Source of the DNA: Candidatus Undinarchaeota archaeon
GTDB lineage: Archaea > SpSt-1190 > JASMDC01
Assembly: GCA_964519305.1 (NCBI GenBank)
Contig: CAZFHY010000008.1
Coordinates: 32,001-96,000, forward strand
Length of the DNA: 64,000 nucleotides
Reading direction: 5' to 3'
Position numbers and translations under genes: made by a program. The notes under the pieces are model-generated. The model saw only the letters and a list, made by a program, of their open reading frames with translations. It did no database searches and had not been told where the DNA came from. Within the stretch, counting starts at the first letter, position 1, and each line of letters opens with the position of its first letter. Positions 9,438 to 18,546 of this stretch are shown here, piece by piece.

Positions 9438-10385
9438 ATGATCGACCTCAAGCGTAAGGTACCAAAAGGTAAGGTCTTCGTGTTCAGGACCAAGGACGGC
9501 CGTGAGGTTGGAAGGGCGAGCACCCTCGCAGAGTTCCGTGACTTCCTCCGGGGTATAGACGAGGATTGCCTTCTGAACCATGTGACCCCTGAAAGGAACG
9601 ACTTCGCAGCCTGGCTCGAGGGAGCGTTCAACGAGACCGAACTCGCTAAACGGATGCGGAAAATACCCTTGGACAGGGCCCCGAAGGTAATACGGGCCCA
9701 GCTTCTACTCCTCTTTTCAAGAAGTCACAGGACGGGACGATCCATCCCGCCAATCAAGCAAGAGGATAGGGTGAAGGTGTCACCTCCTCTTGAACGTGGA
9801 ACACGAATGCCCAAAATTGAGAAACAGGGTGCCAAGCAAGTAACTATCGAAGAGAAGATCCCCGCATCCAGAAAACCGACGCCTCCCCGGAAGATCACGA
9901 ATGAGGGCCCGGCAAAGCAGACCAAGGACGTAAAGCGGAACCCTGTCCGTGGTAAACCAAAGACACATCCCGCTCGGGACTCCAAACCGCGGACCGGAGG
10001 GAAAAAACCCATCCTTGCCATGGTCCCCACCCTTGAGGCCGCTATACGCGCGGCATCGGTCAGTTCGGGTACGGGTCTCCTGAACCCACGCCCCCCACCT
10101 GGAGGGAAGCTCGATGGACTGCTCTGGGGGCTCGAGACCTATGTCCATCCAGCGGACGTGCTGGCGGACAGGGCTGGATTCGTCGGTTTCGTCCAAGCTT
10201 GCAGTGAGTACCTCTCAAATGCTGCGAGCAAGTTGACTCCCGAGGCTAGGGTCGCATTGCGTCATCTCGTGGATAACTTCCCTGATGATGCGGCCGTTGT
10301 GCACCGTGCACAGGATTACGTTGAGACCGTCCGGGCCGTCCGGAGTCTAGTCGAGCGGAGTCCAGTCATCGCCACACCTACCTGA
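9438..10385 (+). CDS. Hypothetical protein with N-terminal DUF5752-like domain and basic low-complexity linker
   Basis: ASTLAEFRDFLRGID...HV...NDFAAWL pattern; Lys/Pro-rich middle. Confidence 0.6.
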   Translation: MIDLKRKVPKGKVFVFRTKDGREVGRASTLAEFRDFLRGIDEDCLLNHVTPERNDFAAWLEGAFNETELAKRMRKIPLDRAPKVIRAQLLLLFSRSHRTGRSIPPIKQEDRVKVSPPLERGTRMPKIEKQGAKQVTIEEKIPASRKPTPPRKITNEGPAKQTKDVKRNPVRGKPKTHPARDSKPRTGGKKPILAMVPTLEAAIRAASVSSGTGLLNPRPPPGGKLDGLLWGLETYVHPADVLADRAGFVGFVQACSEYLSNAASKLTPEARVALRHLVDNFPDDAAVVHRAQDYVETVRAVRSLVERSPVIATPT

Positions 10386-10394
10386 TCATCTCGG

Positions 10395-12212
10395 TCAGGC
10401 GCGACTGAACGGGTAACCATGAACGTAGTGGTCCCGTTGATCGAGCCGCACCTTCAAGACGTCAACGGCGTTACATTCAAGACCCCCACCTGTCGACTCG
10501 GAACAGAGCGAGGCCTGACCTCCCCGGGCATGGAATATACCGGTCATCGGTTCGTTCCCGAAGGGAATGAATACCACCTCGCTCAGCATCCCTTCAGGCC
10601 CGTTGCCTGTATCGAGCAGCACCGTCGCGAAGCCGCGATCGTCCGTCCGGTAGTATCGTGGAGACGTCCCCAGTTTTCGGACCTGTATACGGGCACCAGG
10701 CAGAGGCTTCTCGTGTTCAGTTGAGAGGAGGATGACCTGGAGCGCGACGTGGCCGGGCATAGTGTTCTGGGCCAATCCTGCGAGATCAATCCGATAGAGG
10801 CTGCACTCAGTGCAGGAAATAAGGGGGACGCGCTCCGCGAGACCGCCATTCTGAAGGTACGGTAAAGGGTGATGGGAGATAACCCATTCAGCCCCGAACT
10901 CAAGGATCATCCGAAATGCCATTTCCGGTTTCTGCGGAAGGCATTCGGTCTCGATATCGGAGAATAATGCGATCTCGCGACACAAGGTTGGTGATAGGAC
11001 GACGTCCGAAGGATTCTCAAGACGCTCCAGTTCACGGACCACTGAAAGGTTCTTTTGCCAGACCTCGTTACCTTGCCCCACGTCGATCGGGAGAGACGCT
11101 ATCTGGGTGACCATAAGGAGGGCGAGCACTCCGAGACCGGCCTTCTGTCCGAATCCCATGTTGCGGGAAATATCCACTACAGCGATGACGGCGAGCGCGA
11201 CGAGCGGCATGAGAACGTTCACCACGAACTTCCACTCGAAGTAAATAGGTGAGAAGAGGAACACGAGTAATGGGACGAGCGCCCATGAGCCGAGTAGAAG
11301 TTTAGCGCTACGTCGTCCAGGGATGACGAGCAGTGCGGCCAAAGATGCCAATAGCACAGGGAATCCTATGAAGTCATGTGCCGTGAGGAACGGATTGACG
11401 GACGCCTCGGAGGGATCGCGCCATTTATCCTGGAAGTTTATGAGGTAGTGTGCGACCTCAATTGTCGTGTCCAGGCCGTTGTAGTAAAGGTATGCATTCC
11501 ATATGAGAAAGGAGAGCGCACCGCCCGCCATGATGATGCCGAGCAGCTTAAGACGGCGACGACCGTTCCCTGTCCTTGGTGCGTCAAGGACCAAGAACAC
11601 AAGGAGCACGAGGTAACATGGTGCGAAGTTGAGCTTTGTGAACATCCCCACAGCGGACAGTACGGTGCCGGCGACGAGATGTGACCTGGATCCCGCGCAC
11701 GCCCTCAGATAACAGTAGATCACTGAACTGTACAGGAAACAGAGGACCATCGGATGCAGGATCGCCAGTGAGTACGAATAATAGGAGCCATGCGTTCCAA
11801 GAAGGAGCATGGAGATGAGGCCTGCACGCTCCCCTGCAAGCTCTTTGACGAGAAGGCTGAATGCCAGGAGCGCACTTATTGACGCTATGATCACAGTTAG
11901 GTGCCCTGCCACGATCCAGTTCCCTATGATCGAGTGAACTGCGCCGATCAGCGCGAAGAACATTGGCGGATGGAGAATGAAGTTCTGGCCGAAGATGCGG
12001 GGACGACCGTCCTCCATGAGCGACCGGGCAACGAGCATGTCCCTGTACTCGTCATGGACTTTCGTCCCATCGAAGGATGTGATATCATTATCCACGATCG
12101 GAGCGAGCATGTCGAAGTCCCATGTCGAGTAGGAAAACAACCCGAAGAGAATGGCCAGGATCGTGGCAATGACCATCATAGAGGGCTTATCATCAGTGGC
12201 TCTGTTCGTCAT
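10395..12212 (-). CDS. ArnT/PMT-like GT-C membrane glycosyltransferase
   Basis: DE motif after TM1, HPPMFF, multiple TM helices, FTK motif, soluble C-terminal domain. Confidence 0.75.
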   Translation of the reverse strand: MTNRATDDKPSMMVIATILAILFGLFSYSTWDFDMLAPIVDNDITSFDGTKVHDEYRDMLVARSLMEDGRPRIFGQNFILHPPMFFALIGAVHSIIGNWIVAGHLTVIIASISALLAFSLLVKELAGERAGLISMLLLGTHGSYYSYSLAILHPMVLCFLYSSVIYCYLRACAGSRSHLVAGTVLSAVGMFTKLNFAPCYLVLLVFLVLDAPRTGNGRRRLKLLGIIMAGGALSFLIWNAYLYYNGLDTTIEVAHYLINFQDKWRDPSEASVNPFLTAHDFIGFPVLLASLAALLVIPGRRSAKLLLGSWALVPLLVFLFSPIYFEWKFVVNVLMPLVALAVIAVVDISRNMGFGQKAGLGVLALLMVTQIASLPIDVGQGNEVWQKNLSVVRELERLENPSDVVLSPTLCREIALFSDIETECLPQKPEMAFRMILEFGAEWVISHHPLPYLQNGGLAERVPLISCTECSLYRIDLAGLAQNTMPGHVALQVILLSTEHEKPLPGARIQVRKLGTSPRYYRTDDRGFATVLLDTGNGPEGMLSEVVFIPFGNEPMTGIFHARGGQASLCSESTGGGLECNAVDVLKVRLDQRDHYVHGYPFSRA

Positions 12213-12344
12213 GTACGCAACTCCTTGAGTTTATAATAATAATAGTGGTGTTTACGTTCCCGTACTGCGGTAGGATGGGTATATTTATTTAAAGCAACAT
12301 CGCCTTATTCTCACTGAATCATCAATACGTAGGAGGCTATAATT

Positions 12345-13520
12345 ATGGGTCTATTCGATAAATTACGTGGAAAGAGCGATGCACCACCGAAGCCTGGTGG
12401 TCCTCCGCCCGGTATGCCGCCTAAGCCCGGCATGGGTCCTCCAATGAAGCCCGGCATGGGCCCCCCTGGGAAGCCCGGTATGGGTCCCCCGATGAAGCCT
12501 GGCATGGGCCCCCCTGGGAAGCCCGGCATGGGTCCTCCGATGAAGCCTGGCATGGGCCCTCCTGGGAAGCCCGGCATGGGTCCTCCTGGAATGCCGCCCA
12601 AACCCGGCATGGGTCCCCCTGGAATGCCGCCCAAACCCGGCATGGGTCCCCCCGGAATGCCGCCCAAACCCGGCATGGGTCCCCCTGGAATGCCGCCCAA
12701 ACCCGGCATGGGTCCCCCCGGAATGCCGCCCAAACCCGGCATGGGTCCCCCTGGAGCTCCTCCTGGTGGGATGCCTCCGCCTCCTGGCGGGATGCCTCCG
12801 CCTCCTGGCGGGATGCCGCCTCCCGGCGGTCCTCCCCCTGGCGGGATGCCTCCTAAGCCCGGCATGATGCCCCCTGGCGGGGTCCCGGGTATGCCTCCGC
12901 CTCCCGGTGGTCCTCCCCCTGGTGGGATGCCGCCTCCTGGTGGTCCTCCCCCTGGTGGGATGCCGCCTCCCGGTGGTCCTCCCCCTGGCGGGATGCCGCC
13001 TCCCGGTATGGCTCCTCCGCCCGCGGCGCCTCCGCCGGCAGCACCTCCTCCGGCAGCACCTCCTCCGGCTGCACCACCTCCCGCGGCTCCTCCTCCTGCA
13101 GCGCCCGCTCCCAGAGCACCGGCTCCTGCGGCCAAACCCGCAGCAGCAGCAGGGCCAGCAGAGGGCGTACCGCTACCGAGCTCGGTCCCGCTGTTCATCC
13201 GCGTCGACCGATATGGTGAGGTGTCCAAGAGCATCTACTCGCTCATGGACCATGTGCAGAACCTGGATGATGTCCTTATGACCCTAAAGACGCTCAACCA
13301 GCTGGAGAACCAAGCGATCGCTATCTGGTACGGCAATGTCGAAGGGCTTCAGAAGGTCATCAAGGAGGTCCAGAAGAACTTCATGAGGCCCGAGAGCCTC
13401 GAGGAGAAGAGGACCGGAGCACGTGTCCCGAAACCATCGGAGCGGAAGAAGAGCGAAGCTATGAGCGAACTCGAGGGTTCGATCAAGAAGCTCCAAGAAG
13501 AACTCGGTAGGATGGGCTAG
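12345..13520 (+). CDS. Pro/Gly/Met-rich repeat protein with C-terminal coiled-coil domain
   Basis: About 260 aa of [14 protein letters not shown] and PPPAA repeats, then a PLFIRVDRY helical domain; TATA and GGAGG RBS upstream. Confidence 0.8.
   Translation: MGLFDKLRGKSDAPPKPGGPPPGMPPKPGMGPPMKPGMGPPGKPGMGPPMKPGMGPPGKPGMGPPMKPGMGPPGKPGMGPPGMPPKPGMGPPGMPPKPGMGPPGMPPKPGMGPPGMPPKPGMGPPGMPPKPGMGPPGAPPGGMPPPPGGMPPPPGGMPPPGGPPPGGMPPKPGMMPPGGVPGMPPPPGGPPPGGMPPPGGPPPGGMPPPGGPPPGGMPPPGMAPPPAAPPPAAPPPAAPPPAAPPPAAPPPAAPAPRAPAPAAKPAAAAGPAEGVPLPSSVPLFIRVDRYGEVSKSIYSLMDHVQNLDDVLMTLKTLNQLENQAIAIWYGNVEGLQKVIKEVQKNFMRPESLEEKRTGARVPKPSERKKSEAMSELEGSIKKLQEELGRMG
12588..12752 (+). repeat. 33-bp coding tandem repeat, 5 copies ([11 protein letters not shown]), preceded by a 24-bp coding repeat array (about 12423-12587)
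   Basis: GGAATGCCGCCCAAACCCGGCATGGGTCCCCCY starts at 12588, 12621, 12654, 12687 and 12720. Confidence 0.9.
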
Positions 13521-13551
13521 CCTTCGGGCTAGCTCTCCTTATACTCCCCTC

Positions 13552-13658
13552 GCGGGGGTGGCGGAGCGGCCAAACGCGACAGACTCAAGATCTGTTGGCT
13601 TAGCGCCTTCAAGGGTTCGAATGGGGTGAATTAGCCCCCGGATATCCCTTCCCCCGCA
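13552..13658 (+). tRNA. tRNA-Leu(CAA) with 23-nt intron at 59/60 (13622-13644)
   Basis: Acceptor GCGGGGG/CCCCCGC, anticodon arm ACAGA-CTCAAGA-TCTGT, T-stem AAGGG/CCCTT; BHB TTCG/CGGA with AAT and TAT bulges, intron helix GGGG/CCCC. Confidence 0.92.
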
Positions 13659-13695
13659 CTCAATAAGTACATTGAGCCCGACCGCTCTTAAAATC

Positions 13696-15039
13696 CTACT
13701 GTCCTTCAAGGGATAGTGCATGGTCGAGGTGCATCTTCGCCTGGTCGGTCCGACCCTGAGCCTCAGCGGCCTTGGCCGCGTTCCTCCAGAAGGTCGGGTT
13801 CTTTCCGTTCAGGACACATGCTTTATCAAAATGGTCAGAAGCCTTGTCGAACAGCCCTACGACCATGTAGACCTCACCGATGTTGTTCCATAGATCGGCA
13901 TCGCTCTCATCGAGAGCTAGAGCCTTAGAGAAGCATGAGAGCGCTTCATTGTGCCTGTTCTGTTGCAGGAACGTTATGCCGAGATCGTTCCAGGCGGACG
14001 GGTCCCGGTCATTGGTGAGCTTGAGGGCGTTCTGAAGGCAGGCCGTGGCCTGGTCGAGGTCGCCAATCTTGCCATAGACCGCACCAAGGCTCGTCCATGC
14101 CTCAGCAAGTGTCCGGTCCGCTTTGATCGCCCGTGTGAGGACCTCACGTGCTTGCTCGAGATGTCCATCCTCGAAGAACAAGGACCCGAGATTGTCAAGG
14201 GCCTCAGCGTACTGAGGGTTGATGTTAGTGGCGGCCACGAAGCAACCCCGCGCTTTCTCACGCATGTCCATGCGTTTATAGAGCAGGCCGAGGTTGTTCC
14301 ATGCGCACTCGTCCTTAGGGTCCATCCACACCGCCCAACGGAGGTAGTGTTCGGCCTCACTCAGCTCACCGAGCTTCTCGTACACCTCGCCGAGGTTGTT
14401 CCATGGTTCCTTGAGGGACGAATCGCAGGATATAGCCTTCTTGAAATGGGCGACCGCTTCGCTGACCGATGACTCGGTCCATGGTTCGGCATAGGAACGA
14501 GTGAGCTCTAGAGTGACCAGACCGAGGTTGTTCCATGCTTCCGCGTACCTCGTGTCCAGTTCGCATGCTTTTTGGAAGCACTCCTTTGCACGGGATAGCA
14601 CGTCCGAGTCGGTCGCCGTCACGAGACCGGCACGTTTCTTTACGAAGTCGAGCCTTCTAAGGGATACACCAAGGTCATTGAGCAGGAACTCGTCCTTGGG
14701 CTTCAGGTCGCATGATGACTCTAGCGCGCGGACCGCTTCCTCGAACGCAGTGACAGCTGCAGTAAGGTCTCCGGTCCTTTCGTGGGTGAGCCCGATGTTC
14801 AGCATTACCTCGCCATCCCCGGGAAGGATGTTCTTTGCAGCGGTGAGGCATCTGATTGCCTCGCTGAAGCGTCCCAGACGACGGTTGATAAGGCCCGCGA
14901 GCACCCATGCTTCACCGAGCTTCTCATCTGAACGGAGGGCCTGATTGACCGCATCGAGCGCCCCTTCGAGGTCGCGCTTGTCCAAGAGGTCCTCGGCCTT
15001 GCGCAAGGCTTCTATCCCCGGGGAGGACTCGGGACTCAT
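13696..15039 (-). CDS. Tetratricopeptide repeat protein
   Basis: Repeated AWNNLG...A...F..A units at about 34-aa spacing. Confidence 0.9.
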   Translation of the reverse strand: MSPESSPGIEALRKAEDLLDKRDLEGALDAVNQALRSDEKLGEAWVLAGLINRRLGRFSEAIRCLTAAKNILPGDGEVMLNIGLTHERTGDLTAAVTAFEEAVRALESSCDLKPKDEFLLNDLGVSLRRLDFVKKRAGLVTATDSDVLSRAKECFQKACELDTRYAEAWNNLGLVTLELTRSYAEPWTESSVSEAVAHFKKAISCDSSLKEPWNNLGEVYEKLGELSEAEHYLRWAVWMDPKDECAWNNLGLLYKRMDMREKARGCFVAATNINPQYAEALDNLGSLFFEDGHLEQAREVLTRAIKADRTLAEAWTSLGAVYGKIGDLDQATACLQNALKLTNDRDPSAWNDLGITFLQQNRHNEALSCFSKALALDESDADLWNNIGEVYMVVGLFDKASDHFDKACVLNGKNPTFWRNAAKAAEAQGRTDQAKMHLDHALSLEGQ

Positions 15040-15062
15040 TGGGATTCGGCCACCCGATGAAA

Positions 15063-16718
15063 CTATTTAAATCCCATCGCGCGGGCGATACGACGGCCGA
15101 ACCGTCGCAATCGCATCCTGCGACGCCATTCGTCCGTGACCCCAGAAAGGTCCTGTCCACCGACCTCATCTATCAGAGCGTGGAGCAAATGGTCACGGTC
15201 CTCCTCAGGTCCCTCTGAGATGCGGTCGAGCTCAACAAGGAGAAGGGCCTCGTCCGCGGTCCGCTGGAGACGTTCCTCTGCTTCCCATTCGCTGAAGATA
15301 CCGGTGTTGCGATAGGCCAACGTCAGTCTTCGGTCAGAGGTGAGAGCGAGCTCAACGAGTTCCTCGGGATCAAAATGATCGGTCCGGTAACCGAACCACG
15401 CCTTCCAGCTGGGATCGAGGAACAGCGTCCTGTGGTCCTCCAGTGTGCGGGCGGTCAGAGTATAGCCATACGATGAAGGATCGAGGAACGCGGGTGAGCC
15501 GGGATCCACGGTGAGCTGGACCCCGAAGTCCGGCTTGATGAACACACGGTCACCATGGTTGAGGTTGATGAGCTGTTCCCACAACGACCAAGTGGCGGCA
15601 AGAGACGTGCGTGTCTGATGCCCCAGTCCGATGGTATAGTACACGGCCGTGTAGATATGGAGGCTCTCGCACGTCCGAAGACAGGCCTCGAGCGCAGCAT
15701 TACTGTAACGTCGCCCGTGAGCACGTCGGACGTTCTCATCAGCCGATTCGGGGGAGATCGTGAAGCCTACCTTTCGTAGTCGGGACCAAGGGAGGAGGAA
15801 CTCGTGGGATGCCGGAGAGAAGAGCTCCATGGTGACGCGGTCTAGCTCGGGATTCTCCTTTCGGATGAGCTCTACGAGACGCTTCCAGTACTTCTTCCCC
15901 CCCATGCGGACGTCATGGAACAGGAACACGCCGTTGATCTCAGTATCAGCAAGACGACAGAGGTCGTCGACGATCCGCTCCGGGCTCCGGAGGAGCGGTC
16001 GCTGGACGGAGAACTGCCGGCAGAACGGCTCGTAGGAACCCCCACAGGTCGAGCACCGGTAGACGCAGCCACGCATGGTCGGGATGCACCAGTACCTGAG
16101 ATCTATCTCAGGATCGAACTCCAGGAATCCACGGCCCTCTACAAGGTCCAGTGTCGCGTAATCAAGGTCATTGATGTCCTTTGGAGGCTTGGCTGGATCG
16201 TTCCTTACGAGCCTGCCGTCCTTTCGATAAGCGATACCGGGGACCTTAGCGAGCGGTCGTCCGCGGGCCAGTGGTATCATGGCGGCCTCGGCAGGCCCTA
16301 CGACGACCGCATCGACATAGGGGTGCTCGTCGAGGACGTTCTCCCAGAACTCGGACGCGCTGATCCCTCCCATTACGATCCGTGCATCGGGGTGGTGCTC
16401 CTTGAGGAGTCGTGCGGTCTCGAGGGCCCCGTGCGCGTGAACGATCCAGTGGAGGGAGACTCCGTAAACGTCCGCTTCGAGCTCATGGATGTAGCGCTCG
16501 ACATCCATGGTCGGATCTTCGATCATAAGTGATCCTAGGTTCACGACGCGAGCGCCGATGCCCTCGTTGTGGAGGAGATTGGCCAGTGATACCAGACCGA
16601 CGGGTAGCATGGTGAACTGGTGTGTGTAGGGTTGTGTACGACCGGCCGGGCCCGGGAAGAACGGGCGCGTCCGAAAATCGAACGTGGCGGGAGGATGGAT
16701 AAGGATAGCGTCGGACAT
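15063..16718 (-). CDS. Cobalamin-binding radical SAM protein
   Basis: N-terminal B12-binding domain (SLHW..H, VMGGISAS), RGCVYRCSTC cluster motif, ISPES. Confidence 0.88.
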   Translation of the reverse strand: MSDAILIHPPATFDFRTRPFFPGPAGRTQPYTHQFTMLPVGLVSLANLLHNEGIGARVVNLGSLMIEDPTMDVERYIHELEADVYGVSLHWIVHAHGALETARLLKEHHPDARIVMGGISASEFWENVLDEHPYVDAVVVGPAEAAMIPLARGRPLAKVPGIAYRKDGRLVRNDPAKPPKDINDLDYATLDLVEGRGFLEFDPEIDLRYWCIPTMRGCVYRCSTCGGSYEPFCRQFSVQRPLLRSPERIVDDLCRLADTEINGVFLFHDVRMGGKKYWKRLVELIRKENPELDRVTMELFSPASHEFLLPWSRLRKVGFTISPESADENVRRAHGRRYSNAALEACLRTCESLHIYTAVYYTIGLGHQTRTSLAATWSLWEQLINLNHGDRVFIKPDFGVQLTVDPGSPAFLDPSSYGYTLTARTLEDHRTLFLDPSWKAWFGYRTDHFDPEELVELALTSDRRLTLAYRNTGIFSEWEAEERLQRTADEALLLVELDRISEGPEEDRDHLLHALIDEVGGQDLSGVTDEWRRRMRLRRFGRRIARAMGFK

Positions 16719-16748
16719 CGGGCCAGTACCTATCGGCCCATTAACGGC

Positions 16749-16997
16749 CTAGTCGCCAGCGATCTCTGTCCTGCTCAGTTCAGCGTCGATGGCACGCTCG
16801 ACGTAGCTCTTGGCCCAGAATAGCGAGAAGAGCACAAAGAACTTGGCCCATATCAATGCATAGCCGCTAGCGCCCCGAACCGCTCCCCGCATCGACCAGA
16901 ACAGTCCTTTCTGCCGGGATCGGCGCGCCTTCAAGTAACCGGGGGTCAGAGCATCTTCAAGATGACTGACCGCGTCCTGCGAACTATACTCCATCAT
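16749..16997 (-). CDS. Small hypothetical membrane protein
   Basis: 82-aa ORF with one hydrophobic stretch, filling the gap upstream of the radical SAM gene. Confidence 0.4.
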   Translation of the reverse strand: MMEYSSQDAVSHLEDALTPGYLKARRSRQKGLFWSMRGAVRGASGYALIWAKFFVLFSLFWAKSYVERAIDAELSRTEIAGD

Positions 16998-17066
16998 GGA
17001 CCACGCTGGGAATATAGTGTCACTCCGCAGTTATAAATCTTTCGCTCAGCTGTTTCTTTTTTAAGA

Positions 17067-18467
17067 ATGCCCGTCCGTTTGAGTGGTATGCCTCCGGCCT
17101 CGCGCTATGTGCTGCTCATAGCGCTCATGGTGATGATGGTCAGTGCCTGTGCTATGGTCGCCGGGGCAGACGAGGACGCATCTGCGATATCGGATGCTCC
17201 TAACGTGACCCACGCACCCACAACCGGGGAGCACGCTGGTGAGCAAGGTGGGATCGCGGAGAAGTTACGCCATGTGGCGAACGAGCCCCTTGTCGTGCTG
17301 GGGATCATCCTTCTCGCGGCCGAGATCGGTGGAGAGGTCTCACGCAAGTTCTTCGGAACACCGACGGTCATCGGCTACATGATGTCCGGGATCCTTATCG
17401 GCCCATCTTTCCTCGGGCTGGTCACACCTGTCGGAGAGGTCGCCACCTTCATCAAGTTCTTCCAGTTGCTGGCCGTGTTCCTACTACTTTTCGGGGTGGG
17501 GCTGCACGCTAACATCAATACGCTCCGCAGCCAGGGCAAGGCCGCCTTCCTCACTGCTTTTGTCAACGCAGCATTCTCGTTCCTCGTTGGATTCGCTCTC
17601 TACTGGTACGTCATGTCCCCCGATGGCCAGGATCCCCAGATAAAGCTACAGATCGCGCTCATCATGGGCGCAGCTTTCACTCCCACATCAGCTTCGATCC
17701 CGGCGAGCATCCTACAGGAGATGCGGAAGAGCACGACCTTGGAGGCAGCGACCATCCTGGGAGCGGCCGTCGTCGACGACGTTCTTGCGCTCGTGGTCCT
17801 AACGGTCGTTGCCAGTATCATCGTCTCCGGAGGGGCCGTATCGGCAGGGAGCATCGCTACCGCGTCCTTCTTGGCGATAGGGTTCGGAGTGGTGTACACC
17901 CTCGTTTGTCTGAAGCTCATACCCTACCTGACCAACCTCTCGATCCTAATAGGCGCCGAGGACCTGGGTGCCCGGTTCGCCCTCGGTCTAGGCTTCGTTG
18001 GTGCGATCGTGGGCGAAGTGATATTCGGGCTCTCTCCTGCCATAGTCGCCTTCCTCACCGGGCTTGCGACAACTGAGAGCAAGGGCATCACAAGGATCAA
18101 GGAATACCTCGAACCGTTGTTCAACATCCTTTCACCCATCTTCTTCGTCACGCTCGGTATGTCGGTCAATGTCAACGAGATGACATCCATTCCCCTTACG
18201 CTCTTCTTTGTCATCGTGCTGGCGGCGACCCTCAGTAAGGTGATAGGGACCTTGGTAGGTGCAGGTCTCGCCGGACTTCCGGTGCATGTATGCACCCGCA
18301 CGTCCATGGGGATGATCCCGCGCGGAGAGATCGCATCGATCGTCGCGACACTTGCAGTGGACTCCGGGCTCATTGGGCTCGACCTCTATGGTGCTATCAT
18401 CGGGATGGTCATTTTCACGAGCCTGGTGACCCCCAGCCTGATGATGAAATCATTCGAAGAGGACTGA
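17067..18467 (+). CDS. CPA2-family cation:proton antiporter (NapA/KefB-like)
   Basis: About 13 TM segments; TPTS, GAAVVDDV, PIFFVTLG and GMIPRGE motifs. Confidence 0.92.
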   Translation: MPVRLSGMPPASRYVLLIALMVMMVSACAMVAGADEDASAISDAPNVTHAPTTGEHAGEQGGIAEKLRHVANEPLVVLGIILLAAEIGGEVSRKFFGTPTVIGYMMSGILIGPSFLGLVTPVGEVATFIKFFQLLAVFLLLFGVGLHANINTLRSQGKAAFLTAFVNAAFSFLVGFALYWYVMSPDGQDPQIKLQIALIMGAAFTPTSASIPASILQEMRKSTTLEAATILGAAVVDDVLALVVLTVVASIIVSGGAVSAGSIATASFLAIGFGVVYTLVCLKLIPYLTNLSILIGAEDLGARFALGLGFVGAIVGEVIFGLSPAIVAFLTGLATTESKGITRIKEYLEPLFNILSPIFFVTLGMSVNVNEMTSIPLTLFFVIVLAATLSKVIGTLVGAGLAGLPVHVCTRTSMGMIPRGEIASIVATLAVDSGLIGLDLYGAIIGMVIFTSLVTPSLMMKSFEED

Positions 18468-18546
18468 CCTGAGCCGTTGTCCCCCCTCCGGAGTAACAAA
18501 GTATATAAGCAACCTTGCCTGCTAGTTTGGACCCTGGGACGGAGCT

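Noticed and set aside
12423-12752. Regular 24/33-bp repeats resembling a CRISPR array
   Set aside because: No unique spacers; unit lengths are multiples of 3 and in frame; no cas genes in the window
12311-13234. 307-aa Gly/Pro-rich ORF on the minus strand
   Set aside because: Antisense shadow of the Pro-rich repeat gene, which has the promoter, RBS and a folded C-terminal domain
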